From positions 161,636,001 to 161,700,000 of the forward strand of contig NC_058368.1 in assembly GCF_018350175.1 (NCBI RefSeq): a DNA stretch of 64,000 bases, written 5' to 3'. Below, in pieces: positions 12,073 to 24,503 of this stretch; the first letter of the stretch is position 1, and every line of letters begins with the position of its first letter. Source of the stretch: Felis catus. Taxonomy: Eukaryota. The notes under the pieces are model-generated. The model saw only the letters and a program-made list of their open reading frames with translations. It did no database searches and was not told where the DNA came from. The position numbers were made by a program, and so were the translations under genes.

Positions 12073-13182
12073 AAATAAATAAACATTAAGAAAAATCCCC
12101 CCCCCTCAAAAACTACTGTTTGAGCACCTGCTATGTGCCATACAGTTTTAAATGCTGAGAAAAGTGAATAATAGAAGCAGGACCTTCTGCCTTCCCAAAC
12201 TTAATATTCTAGAAAGAGAAGTAGAGAGTAAGTGAAAAGTAAGTAACATATAGGTATCAAATAGTGAAGAGTGTTGGGGGTAAAAAATAAGGCAGGAAAG
12301 TGAAATAGGTATAAATTTAATATAATTTAATAAAAAAGGCCCACTGAGACTGTGATATTTAGGAAAAGAACAGAAGATGAAGAGAAAGTGAGCCATAGAA
12401 GTATCCAGGTGTGGAGGGAACACACTTGTAGGACTGACTTTATGTCTAAATGAGATGGGAGGGGATGGGAATTTCCACTACTTGGATACCTGCATTTTAT
12501 TTTGGCATCAAGATTCATTCGAATGTTAGTCTTCCAGAGCACGCGTTCAAAACAAGGTTAATCCCCATGACTTCCACATTCTCCCTGAGTCAGGAAGGAG
12601 GATCTTAACTGTATTTTGTCATGTAACTGCCCATAATGTCAAACCTCTAATCGTATGAATATTTGATACAGGCATTGAAATAAAAGCAACAAAGATCAGG
12701 TCTAAATTAGACTCAGGAGGCCGAGATATATTTCTCATACTCATGATCATCCTGAAAATCCCAAAAGAGGCTCCTCAGTGAGGTCACCTGATCACAAAGG
12801 CAGAGTAAAGAAGAGAGCAGGAGCTAATGTTTGTGAGTCCGAACTTTCTTCTTAAAGCCAGAATTAGGACTCAATACCTGGTGTCTGACTGTTCAGAAAA
12901 GTCTGGAGGCCAAGGGAAGGGAGCACTAGCTTGGCAGCAGTAGCTCAGAATAAGAGAACCAGACTTCCTGCCCACTGAGCCCTGGAAGTCTAGATTTTAG
13001 AACAAGGCATTACTAAGGGCCCTGTGTCCTGGAACATCTACAAAGTCAGTATGGGCAAGTGGTTTTGTACCTAAAAAGTTGTCCATAACACCTCCCCTTG
13101 AGATGAAAAGACAGGCATTCTGTGTAATTGGCAGGTGGTTTCTATTTTTTTTCTCATAATTGCAAATAAAGGAGTTTACATT

Positions 13183-13613
13183 ATTTTTTTTTTAATTCAA
13201 GTTGGTTACATACAGTGTAGTCTTGGCTTCAGGAGTAGAACCCAGTGATTCATCTCTCACATATGACACCCAGTGTTCATCTTAGAAAGTGTCCTCCTTA
13301 ATGCCCATCACCCACTTAACCCATCCCCCACCTCCCTCCAGCAACCCTCAGTTTGTTGTCTGTATTTAAGAGTCTCCTGTGCTTTGCCTCCCTCTGTGTT
13401 TATATCTTATTTTTCCTTCCCTTCCCCTATGTTCATCTGTTGTGTTTCTTAAATTCCACATATGAGTGAAATCATATGATATCTTTCTTTCTCTGACTTA
13501 TTTTGCTTAGCCTAATACCCTTGAGTTCTATCAATGAATGAATAAAGAACACATGGTTTATATATACACCACATTATATATATATAATGGAGTTCTACTT
13601 AGTGATGAAAAAG
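13183..13613 (-). mobile_element. Short LINE-1 3' end with 5' inversion
   Basis: L1 3' UTR antisense at 13183-~13530, then sense-oriented tcaatgaatgaataaagaac...aatggagttctacttag. TSD aaggagttta(c/g)att at 13169 and 13614. Confidence 0.85.
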
Positions 13614-13788
13614 AAGGAGTTTAGATTTAAATACATGGTGGAACATCTTTTGTCCTTTCACACAGAAAGGACAGGTGTTTGTGGCCTGAAGTTTTTGGCC
13701 AATGCTAGATTACTCACTAGGAAAACAACCAGCATGATAGGAACACAGTTTTTATTTTGTTTTGTTTTGTTTTTTAAGAATTTGATAA

Positions 13789-14009
13789 GGGGCACCTGGG
13801 TGGTTTAGTTGGTTAGGCATCCGACTTCGGCTCAGGTCATGATCTCACGGTTCGTGAGTTCAAGCCCCATAATGGGCTTTGTGCTGACAGCTCAGAGCCT
13901 GGAGTCTGCTTCGGATTCTGTGTCCCCTCCTCTCTCTGCCCCTCCCCTGCTCATGCTCTGTCTTTCTCTGTCTCTCAATAATAAATAAACGTTAAAAAAA
14001 TTTGAAAAA
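13789..14009 (+). mobile_element. CanSINE (feline)
   Basis: TSD aagaatttgataa at 13776-13788 and 14010-14022. Confidence 0.95.
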
Positions 14010-16188
14010 AAGAATTTGATAATTGATTTTAAAAATGGATAAACCCAAAATTGTTTACTTTGTAACAATTATTTTACTACATACTAGTGTTTCTATTTTT
14101 GATTATATATGGAAGCACACTTTACATTTTAAGGGTTAAGCTCTGTAAAGAATGTACTTCTTGCCTGGCTAGAGCTAACAGGTTTCTTTCTCAAGCTGTA
14201 AAGATTTTCATTGTGGACAACCAGGTGATATTAATATATAATGCCTATCAACAAGGTATTTTGAGATCCTGCAGATCAAATTTTGCATTGTAGCAATTTG
14301 TGGAATAAGAACAAGCTAATGCAGCATGAAGGAAACAGTTAAGCGACTTCTCTTGAGAATACAAATGAGACAGAAAAGATCTGGTCAACACTAATTGATG
14401 GCTAATAACTAACTCATTTGCACATCTCTAGTACACTTATCATTTATTAAACGTCAAACGCTACATTGAGAAGATAATTTCAAACTCCATGAATTTTCGT
14501 CATTAATTACCATCTTTTTGTAAAATCAAATATATCCTCAACTGTAAGACTCTGTTACTTTAGGTGAAATTAAAACAAATCTTCCAATTACGCTATAAAC
14601 ACTAAATGCTAAGTAGCACTCTGACTTTAGACTTGTTAGAATATTAAAATATGTTTGCCTTGGATTCAGTTAAATATAGTAAATAATTTGTGCATTAAAA
14701 GCATCACGGACGTACTATGTGTTGGATACTATGAGAGGCACCCTAGTCATAACAGAACTGGTACAGTACAATCTCTGTCCCCAAGCTGTCATCAGTTTGC
14801 AAAAGTAGATATAAAGTTAAATATGTAATAATAATAAAGTTTGGACAGTGCTTTGATATAGGAAATATGAATTGATGTTTGAGCTGGGACCCAAATGATA
14901 AATAGATTCTAGCCAGCTAATATGTAGTGGGTGTCAGGAAGGGTGTTCTAGCTAGGAGGAGTAAACCAGAGGAAATAGGAAAATGATGGTGCTAAAAAGT
15001 TTTAGTATGGCTAGAACATACTATTTGGGTCATAAAATTTAAGTGTCAAGAAATGTGATTAAAGAAACAAAAAGATACAAGTTCCTGAAGGGTTGATAAG
15101 CCAAGAGTAATAGAAAACTACACTGAAATCTGTAATAGCTATCATTTAATACAGTCAGGGTCCTAGCCACCCTGAGTGCATCTTCTCCTTGAAATACCCT
15201 GTTTCCTTTGGAGTGAAGTGGAATTAAATGTTTGTTGTAAGGAAAATGTTTACCTGGAGGATCAACCTGTAATTAAGAGAACTTTGTGACCTGAGACGTA
15301 CAGGTGTGCACATAAAGTGCATCTTGACACATGCAGAGAAGCTTCGGCTCTGCATCTGGGAAGCTGGAGGCAGGATGTTGTCTGAAAATTATTCTTTCAT
15401 CTGAATACTCCAACAGACGGGATTTTAAAATTTGCGTTCACGTAACAGAATACTAAATAGTAGTGAAAATGAATCAAATAGTGCGGTATGTATCAACACC
15501 AATTTAGGCCATATCATACTAAGAGAAAAATCCAGTGGTAAAATGATACATAAAAGTATAATTCTACTTTTATTAAGTTTAAACCATGCATAATAAACTA
15601 TACATTATTTCATAGTATAAACATATAAGTTTACCATGGAAAATCAAGGGTTTTATATTCTATTTTGCTATGAACATATGTTAATATATATGTTAAGGTT
15701 TGTATATTTTGTTATGAGAAAATAGGTTTTTTACAATATTTCTTCCTATCAAGTACCTTCAGTGTATAGTATATCACAAATCCTTCTCCTATTTAATTAA
15801 TTTTTGTCAGTCATCACATCTTAGCATATCTATGTGTCAGACTCTATGAGGGTATTACACTCTCTAGTTAACAGATAATTTGAAAATTAGAGATTTCAGA
15901 GCAAATAAGTGAGAGAGCCAGGACTAGACCAGGCCTTTTTGTCTGTAGCCCTGAGCTTCTTCCTGCGTAGACACCACTGATTATTGACTATGAAAGTTCC
16001 CTCTGCCCCAAACTGTTAAAGAAGAACAGTCTTGAGCCCTGCTACCCAAGTCAATAGTCATTAGCCTTATGTTGCTATTGAACACTTTGGCAGCTATGAG
16101 TTCAGTATTTGGGGATGTGTCACTCTATGTGTCCCTGAAATTTCTTCCCCAAACATGGCTCCCTTTTTGATAAAACAAGCTTCCTTGA

Positions 16189-16408
16189 GGGGCACCTGCG
16201 TGGCTCAGTCAATTAGGCGTCCAACTTTGGCTCAGCTCATGATCTCGCATTTGGTGAGTTCAAGCCCCGCGTCCGGCTCTGTGCTGACAGCTCAGAGGCT
16301 GGAGCCTGCATCGGATTCTGTGTCTCCCTCGCTCTGCCCCTCCCCTGCTCATGCTCTGTCTCTCTGTGCCTCAAAAATAAATAAAAACATTTTAAAAATT
16401 AAAAAAAA
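16189..16408 (+). mobile_element. CanSINE (feline)
   Basis: TSD aaaacaagcttccttg on both sides. Confidence 0.95.
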
Positions 16409-17930
16409 AAAACAAGCTTCCTTGTTTGAGAGTTTTACCTTCTTTTGGAGCTGGGCTATTCACATAATAAGTTTTGGATTAGTCCTCAGCTTTCTCTTTT
16501 TCCCTCCTCAGAGGAAGAATACATCTGTGTGAACTCTCAGGGGGTCCCTTTCTTTATCTTTTTAGTTGACTGTTAATTAGCAATAGCCATTTGTTGTATT
16601 TTTCTAGAGTATCGGTTATGATGTTTAACAATAGTCATTTAATCCTATTTTTTCTTAAAACTGCTATTTCCCCTATACCTGTTATATGATACCAGTATAC
16701 TATTTTGATTCACCAAATGATCCAGGATAGAACCCAAGTCAGTCTAGGGTGCATAAGTTATACTTATGGCACAGAATTCCATATCAATTATTTCTGTTGA
16801 ACTGTTGTTTATCCCTCAGCTCACATCTGTGGCTTCCTAGGGGGTTCCCTAGGAAGAGAGGTTTCCCTAGGACAGAGAGGGAAAAATCAGGTCTAATTCT
16901 CTGATAAGTCAGCTTTAGTGGATTCTGAAAATGTACATCTGCTGTACTTCAGCACAATCCGAGCGTGGTCCTACAGGACAGTGGTAAGAGGGAACCCTCC
17001 CAGTGAGCAGAGTTGGGAGTAGTATGCTTGGTCATTCATTCTGTATCAAAGTGACACATGATTTAACTAGTTGAATAGGAACCTAGAAGGACAAAGATCG
17101 GAACATAGAAAAAAAGGAAGTCTGGAGTATTACTTTCAGATAGATTTAGATTATTGTGTATCTCATGTTTGACAGAGACAAAAAACCTCTGTCACAGAAG
17201 AATATGTCATTACTAGGTGGACAAGATGACCCATCCTACTGATGAGCGTCAACTCATTTCTCACCCAGTACAGTGTTTGCACAATGCACCCATGAACAAG
17301 TTGTCTGTGGTGGCTGAGATGGAACTATGCATGGGCCCAACAGTGTGGGTTCCTTCTCACTAAGGCTGAGTAACTATTGCCACTGCTGAATGTACAACCT
17401 ATCAATGGTAGCAACCAATGTGGGCCCTCAATATGGTACACACTCAAGTTGAGCAATTTGAAGGCATATTGAAATGATACATGTGAAGTTATTGGACCCT
17501 TTCAAATTAGATCCTTCAAGAGGAGACAATAATTTAAACTTAGCAGAATTAACATAATTCTGGGTATGGATTTGCTTTCCTACATTCAGTACTTCACCAA
17601 CCTTATCATCCAGGGTCTTAAAAGACTCCTAATTCATTAGAATAGGATCATCAAAATTTCCTTGCACTAACAAGCCAATTTTATGGCAAACAAGGTGAGG
17701 TAATGCATGCATTTCCATCACCACTGACTCTACTTGTTTTACTCCACACTGTATCACCATAAAGTGTTAATGTGATAATAGAAGGACCTCTTAACTCCTC
17801 AGTAAAATGACAGCTCAGAGCTAAGACACCATGCAGTTTTGGTATGCTATCTTTTAAGATGTGTAATATCCATTAAACTAATGGCCAATATATAATGTTG
17901 TGTCTCTAACATCTAGACTTCCAGTCTTGT

Positions 17931-18022
17931 TATCAAGTAATAAAAGTACCATTGGTACTTTTCCTGTTCCTTTTCCTATCAAGTAATAAAAGTACCATTG
18001 GTACTTTTCCTATTCCTTTTCC
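17931..18022 (+). repeat. Tandem duplication, 2 x 46 bp, each unit containing a hairpin
   Basis: tatcaagtaataaaagtaccattggtacttttcct(g/a)ttccttttcc x2, one mismatch. Confidence 0.95.
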
Positions 18023-19035
18023 TATTACTCCTGTCAGTCTATTTTAGAAATCTTTGTTTCTGGTATTCACAATTCAGACTCTGTTAGATGAGAAGTCTTG
18101 ATTTCGAATGTGGGAATGTTTCTTCCAGCGGACACAATAAAGATCCCACTTAACCTGAAGCTAAGATTACTACCTCATTGAGTTGGGCTGCTCATGCCAA
18201 TGAGTTATGATTTTGGTAGGGGCAATTGACCCTAAACTTGACAAAGAGATAGATTTGGTGCTATACAATGGGGAAGGAGGAGGTATGTCTGAGACCCAGA
18301 AGATTCACGGGGTGTCTCTTGTTGTTTCAGTCCTCAGAAATAAATCTGAGTGGAAAATTGCAGCAATCAGAGTCCACCATGGATAAGTCAACTAAGTGCT
18401 CAAACTCCTTGAAGATTTGGGTCACCTCTTAGACAAGAAACCCACATTAGCTGAAGAGAGGGAATTCTAAGAAGGAGATGATGAATACCAATTATGATTT
18501 GGAATGGTTTACAGATGATAGGACTAAAATTGCCAAATTAATCCTCTTCTGTAAAGCTTACAGCCATCTGACAATTTGGATTGGTTATGGATTGGAATTA
18601 ATGGAGGTTACCAGCCTATACAAGTGGTACATTAGATTAAATACCTTGTGCACTGCCTCATTTCTTCCCTGCCTCATGTCTCATGCTAGTAATTGATTTA
18701 GCAAATAATACTGCACAGACTGTGCCTAATATTAAGCATGCATTGCTTCTTGCATACTGCTTGGGTGCTTTTCTGGCACATGCCTTGGGACATCTGTGGG
18801 AGCTACCTGAGAATTCACTTATGCTAACCAAAAGTTCAGGAAGTTTATCACTCATGGAGAAACTCTCAATGGAGGATAGAGTCTGATGCCTAATTGCTTC
18901 TTCTTTACATTCCTTGAATTTTGAGATGCTTCTAAATTTCCTCAGTCCAGGTGGGACTGAGCACTCAGTCTCCACAGAAACAATTTGAAAACACATCTTT
19001 ATATAGTTCTCATCTTTACTGTTATGCTTTCCCTA

Positions 19036-19408
19036 TGTCTTACTCTATTCAGTCTGCTATAACAAAATATAATAGACTATGTGGCTTATGAACAATAAAC
19101 TTTTCATCTTTACTTTTCATAGTTCTGGAGGGTGAGATATCCAAGAACAAAGCACCGCCAGATTGGGTGTCTGCTGAGGGCCTGCCTCCTGGTTCAAAGA
19201 CAGCCATCTTCTTGTTATGTAATCACATGGTGTAGAAGGTCAGGAAGCATTCTGGGGCCCTTCTTCTATAAGGACTAATCCCATTCATGATGGCTCCACC
19301 CTCATGACATAATCACTTCCCAAAGTCCCCACCTCCAAATACCATTACATTGAGGATTAGATTTCAACATATGGATTTTGGAGGGACACAAGCATTCTGT
19401 CTCTGGCA
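19036..19408 (-). mobile_element. MaLR solo LTR (MLT1A-like) nested in the LTR16-like element
   Basis: TG...CA termini, typical text (ctgctataacaaaata..., ccattcatga..ggctccaccctcatgac..aatcacttcccaaag...), and a 5-bp TSD cccta/ccctg. Confidence 0.85.
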
Positions 19409-19647
19409 CCCTGTTTCCTCACTTCCACTCCCTGGGAACATGTGCCCAATACACTATTTGCATTAAAACCACTTTGAACTGTGTTTTAAAGGGAACCTAT
19501 ATTATGAATATGACATGAATATGCATATTTTTTCTCTGGATAGATTCCTTAAATTTGTTATCCCTACATATCCATACATGTGCCAGTTTAGAAAGCATCA
19601 GAATAGGTAAGATATCTAGAGGTGTAGAGACAAAAGAAGAGGGAAAA

Positions 19648-20495
<848 letters not shown>

Positions 20496-20959
20496 GAAGA
20501 AGACTGAAGAAAAATCCTCAGAAACACATTTTAGATAAGGACATAAACACAGAAGCCCATGAAGCAAAGTGAGGGTGTGGTCACTGAATGAGAGGTAATA
20601 AAAGAAGGCTCACATTCTGTATCTTGGAAAGTTTGACCAGGTATATTTTCAAAATCTGTGACCATCCCAAAATCAAACTTAAAAGTCATGATAATTTAGA
20701 AACGTATCAAAGTGATAAAAATAAATCATTGTTAAAAATCATTACTTGGAGATAAGTACAAGACTTTTTTTTTATGGTGCATTCCATCTAGCTGGAAACA
20801 AAGTAGATATTAATATTAACAGAGATATTTGGAAGTGGAGAATCTTATTCAGTGGATAATTTCAGTAGGTCTGCAGTTATTTGGCCTTGGTAGTAGGTAT
20901 TTGGTTTAGGGAGGACTTCAGTTTTATTTAAACTTATAATTCAAAAATGGTTCTGGTTA

Positions 20960-21160
20960 GGGGGTACCTAGGTGGCTCAGTTGGTTAAGCATCTGACTTT
21001 GGCTCAGGTCATGATCTCACAGTTTGTGGGTTCGAGCCCCCCGTCGGTCTCTGTGCTGACAGCTCAGAGCCTGGAGCCTGCTTCGGATTCTGTGTCTCCC
21101 TTTCTCTGCTCCTCCCCTGCTCACATACTCTCTTAAAAATATACATTAAAAATTTTTTTA
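20960..21160 (+). mobile_element. CanSINE (feline)
   Basis: TSD aaatg(g/a)ttctggttag. Confidence 0.93.
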
Positions 21161-21266
21161 AATGATTCTGGTTAGGAGTGGGGGTGAAAATTATATAATG
21201 TCCATAAGCAGGAATTGAATTCCATTTTATGGGATAATAGTTTCTCAGACCCTACTCTTCAGATTA

Positions 21267-21268
<2 letters not shown>

Positions 21269-21299
<31 letters not shown>

Positions 21300-21335
21300 A
21301 AGAAAAAAGAAAAGAAAAGAAAAGAAAAAAAAAGA
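21269..21335 (+). repeat. Orphan poly-A/(GAAAA)n tract
   Basis: ~29 A followed by GAAAA units, with no attached element body. Confidence 0.85.
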
Positions 21336-23083
21336 GAAATGCAGCTAGTTTGTGTTCTTTAGTTCTTTGTTAGTGGAGTATTGCTTGTCTTGATTTTACC
21401 ACCTGACTATAAACCATGCCCCATGTAGCCTGTGTCCTCTGCCTGGCCTCCTTTATGCTTCCTGACCTCTCTGGGAACTCTAGAAATAGAATACTTGTTA
21501 CCGAAGGATCTGATTACTTATTTTCTTGTATGTCTCTTCCAAGGAAACCTCATGTTTAGTAGAGTGCCTAATAAGTAGTATTACTTCATAAATTTTGAAT
21601 AAGCGTAACCATTATAAGATGAAGTATTTTTAGATTTTACCTACCATGAAGATTTGCAAATACATACATATCAAATGAGTTTATAAACTCACATAAGAAA
21701 AACATGCCATCAGTGTCTACAAAATTAAATTGCCACATAAATGAGTGCCTAGGATATTGATAAAAAGTAGCACTAAGAACTATGAATACAGGCAATTATT
21801 ATAACAATCCTCAAGATTGCATTACAGTGATGGCCATAGAAAAGCTGAGAATACTTAGTTTTCTTTTACCTAAACCTATGTTTTAGCTTTGCAGAGCTCA
21901 GCAAATAAGGACTTAGAGTACATTAAAGGCCCATATATTGTTTAATTTGACTTCTTGGCAGAGACTTAAGAAACATTTCTATTTATGTGCACATGGTAAA
22001 TGCCAAATAGGTGAGCTTGCATCTACCATTATTGTTCTGTATCTGAGAGACAAATGATCTATTTGAACACAATGACCCTATGCCCAATCGCGGAGAAAAC
22101 TAACATGGAACCCACAGTGAAACAACTCCAGCGTACGATCTTTCCGGGAAAACATCTGCTACCAACTGAGTGTGTTTACATTTTGGCAGCACTGACAGAT
22201 GTGCTCATAGACAGTGCATCTGTGTGGTGTTGGGAGGGTAGAGGTAGGGAAGTTGGGCCGGACAGACAGCAGAGAGCTTACTACAATACACTGAGTGTTT
22301 CTAGAAAATGCAAATTAGCACCTCATAGCATTTGTTTCTTCTTGTGCTGTTAATGCCTTCATGCTAACTAATTTGTTCCCATTGCCCAGAATGAGCAATA
22401 AAGTTAGGTCTGAGACTGCTTTTAAAAAATGTAGCCATGATCTGATTAATATTTTAGGGGAAAAAAAAGAATAATTGTTAATGTAAAAATTAATATAGAA
22501 ACTTTGTAGAATGTTTCAAATATTTTTATATTTGAAAATATTATTAGATAATATTTTGATCTGTGAGAAAAAGAACACTGAATAAATTAATTATCCACCT
22601 TTCTGCCTGCTGTTACATGTTTTCTTTTCTGCACTGTTATGTTCTGAAATATTATCCAAAGTGTGTTGTGTAGAACATAATTTCACACTTAATAGAAGTT
22701 ATATGTAAAATTACCAGTGTCTTTTCACATAGAAATTCCTTTCTTTATTGTAAGATTTCTCAGATCCTTTACTATGTTGATATATTTTCTGAATCTCCAA
22801 GGGAGAGATACACAAAATTCTTATCCAAAGACCATATTTTTGTGGAACATGTCCTGGACTAGTATTCTCTGTGTTTACTTGAGAACTTCTGCTTTGGTAA
22901 TTGAGTCAGAAATCAGCAATCTGGAAACAAAAAAGTAAAAAAAAAAAAAAAAGAGAGAGAGAGAGAGAGAGCGCATGAGCTCTATATTGGCATTCAATTA
23001 TTTCACATAACTTGTTTATTGAAGTTTCAGAAACTAAGCAACTAAGTAACTGAGATATATGTTTTAAGAATGAATCAAACATT

Positions 23084-23331
23084 GGGGTTCCTGGGTGACT
23101 CAGTGGTTAAGCATTGACTCTTGATTTCAGCTCAGGTCATGATCTCACAGTTCGTAAGATCCAGCCCAGGGCTCTGTGGTACCTAGGTGGCTCAGTTGGT
23201 TATGTGATGACAGCATGGAGCCTGTTTGGGATTCTCTTTCTCCTCTCTCTCTGCCCCTCCCTCACCCATGCTGTCTGTCTGTCTGTCTCTTTCTCTCTCT
23301 CTCAAAATAAAGAAATAAATGTTAAAAATAA
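23084..23331 (+). mobile_element. CanSINE at the putative ST8SIA4 3' end
   Basis: 16-bp TSD aagaatgaatcaaaca at 23066-23081 and 23332-23347. Confidence 0.92.
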
Positions 23332-23349
23332 AAGAATGAATCAAACAAT

Positions 23350-23355
23350 TTTATT
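23350..23355 (-). terminator. Candidate distal polyadenylation signal AATAAA
   Basis: Plus-strand tttatt at 23350-23355, at the expected distance from the stop codon. Alternative proximal signals exist. Confidence 0.45.
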
Positions 23356-23929
23356 CTTACATCCAAGATTGTTTTTCTTTCATGGGCTTGTGCATATTGA
23401 AACTAGTGAATAGGAGAAATCATTAAGCTGCCCCCTTAATTTGGAGTTTAATTACTCCTATTCTTATAAAGAGGACACTAGTAAAAAAGTTTTTAAAATG
23501 TAGGAAATGCATGAACTTTGCCATCTGCAGAACTTCAACCTTAAGATATTTCAGTAGTTGCTAATAGAGATGAATGAAACACCCAAATTCAATCAAATGT
23601 TTGCATAGGAATCTCATAATGAGAGTTTTATATAGTTGTAATGTAGTAGATTTTGTGATACATAAAGTCAGGTTCTAACATAAAAGTAATCAAACTTGCA
23701 TGAAAAAAATATAGGAAGAGTTTGGACCAAAAATTGGCAATGTTTATCCAGCACCATCTAGGAGAGAGCTACTGACTTGGGAGACACAGAGGATGATTGC
23801 TCTATCTTGGGACAGGGATAGTTTATCAGACAGTCCCAACGTCTAAATTATATACCCCTCCTATATACTTACTTTTGCTTTTGATTTGTGTTCATTAAAT
23901 AATAATTTTGTTAAATAAAACGAGGCAGC

Positions 23930-24062
23930 ATCAAAATGTGATGGGTAAGAATGTGAACACTGAAGTCAGACCACTTGGATTCAAATCCTGATTCTTTCAC
24001 TTCTAAGCTGTGTGACCCTCAGCAAATCACATAACCTCTCAATCTCATCTGTAAAACTGAAA
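23930..24062 (+). mobile_element. MIR fragment in the putative 3' UTR
   Basis: gaagtcagaccacttggattcaaatcctgattctttcacttctaagctgtgtgaccctcagcaaatcacataacctctc...catctgtaaaa. Confidence 0.75.
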
Positions 24063-24262
24063 TATTTCCATATACATCTTACAGCTTCACATCAGGTCTT
24101 ATTTTATCCCAAGAATCAATAAGGATTACCCACGACATATGGATCCTTATAAATAAAAAGTAATCATGTAAGTACAAATAAGGTCTATATTCATTATCCA
24201 TTGTTAATGGTTCTCTAGCAAATGCTTTACAAGTGCAGAATGGTATAAAAGGGACCTCATGA

Positions 24263-24391
24263 GGAGCACCTAGGTGGCCCAGTCAGTTAAGCATCCAACT
24301 CTTGATTTCAGTTCAGGTCATGATACCAGGGTTGTGGGATTGCACCCACATGTCAGGCTTGCCTCTGGCCGTGGAGCCTATTTGGGATGCG

Positions 24392-24422
<31 letters not shown>

Positions 24423-24503
24423 TCTCTCCCTTTGCCCCTCTCCCCCACTCATGCACTTTATTATATATAAAAATAAAAAAATAAAAACAAAAAACCCCAA
24501 AAA
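24263..24503 (+). mobile_element. Older CanSINE within the putative 3' UTR (antisense to mRNA)
   Basis: ggagcacctaggtggcccagtcagttaagcatccaactcttgatttcag...(ct)n and A-rich tail. Confidence 0.88.

Larger units (their letters stand above)
16800..19500 (+). mobile_element. Ancient ERVL-type internal remnant plus LTR16-like 3' LTR
   Basis: Degenerate pol-like text at 16.8-18.5 kb and an LTR16-like end (...cacttccactccctgggaaca...cccaatacactatttgca...gggaaccta). No intact ORF. Confidence 0.55.

Noticed and set aside
12540..13130. Possible additional LTR or other old repeat
   Set aside because: I could not match it to a family with any confidence by eye; it needs RepeatMasker.
17931..18022. CRISPR-like palindromic direct repeats
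   Set aside because: Only two abutting copies, no spacers, eukaryotic context.
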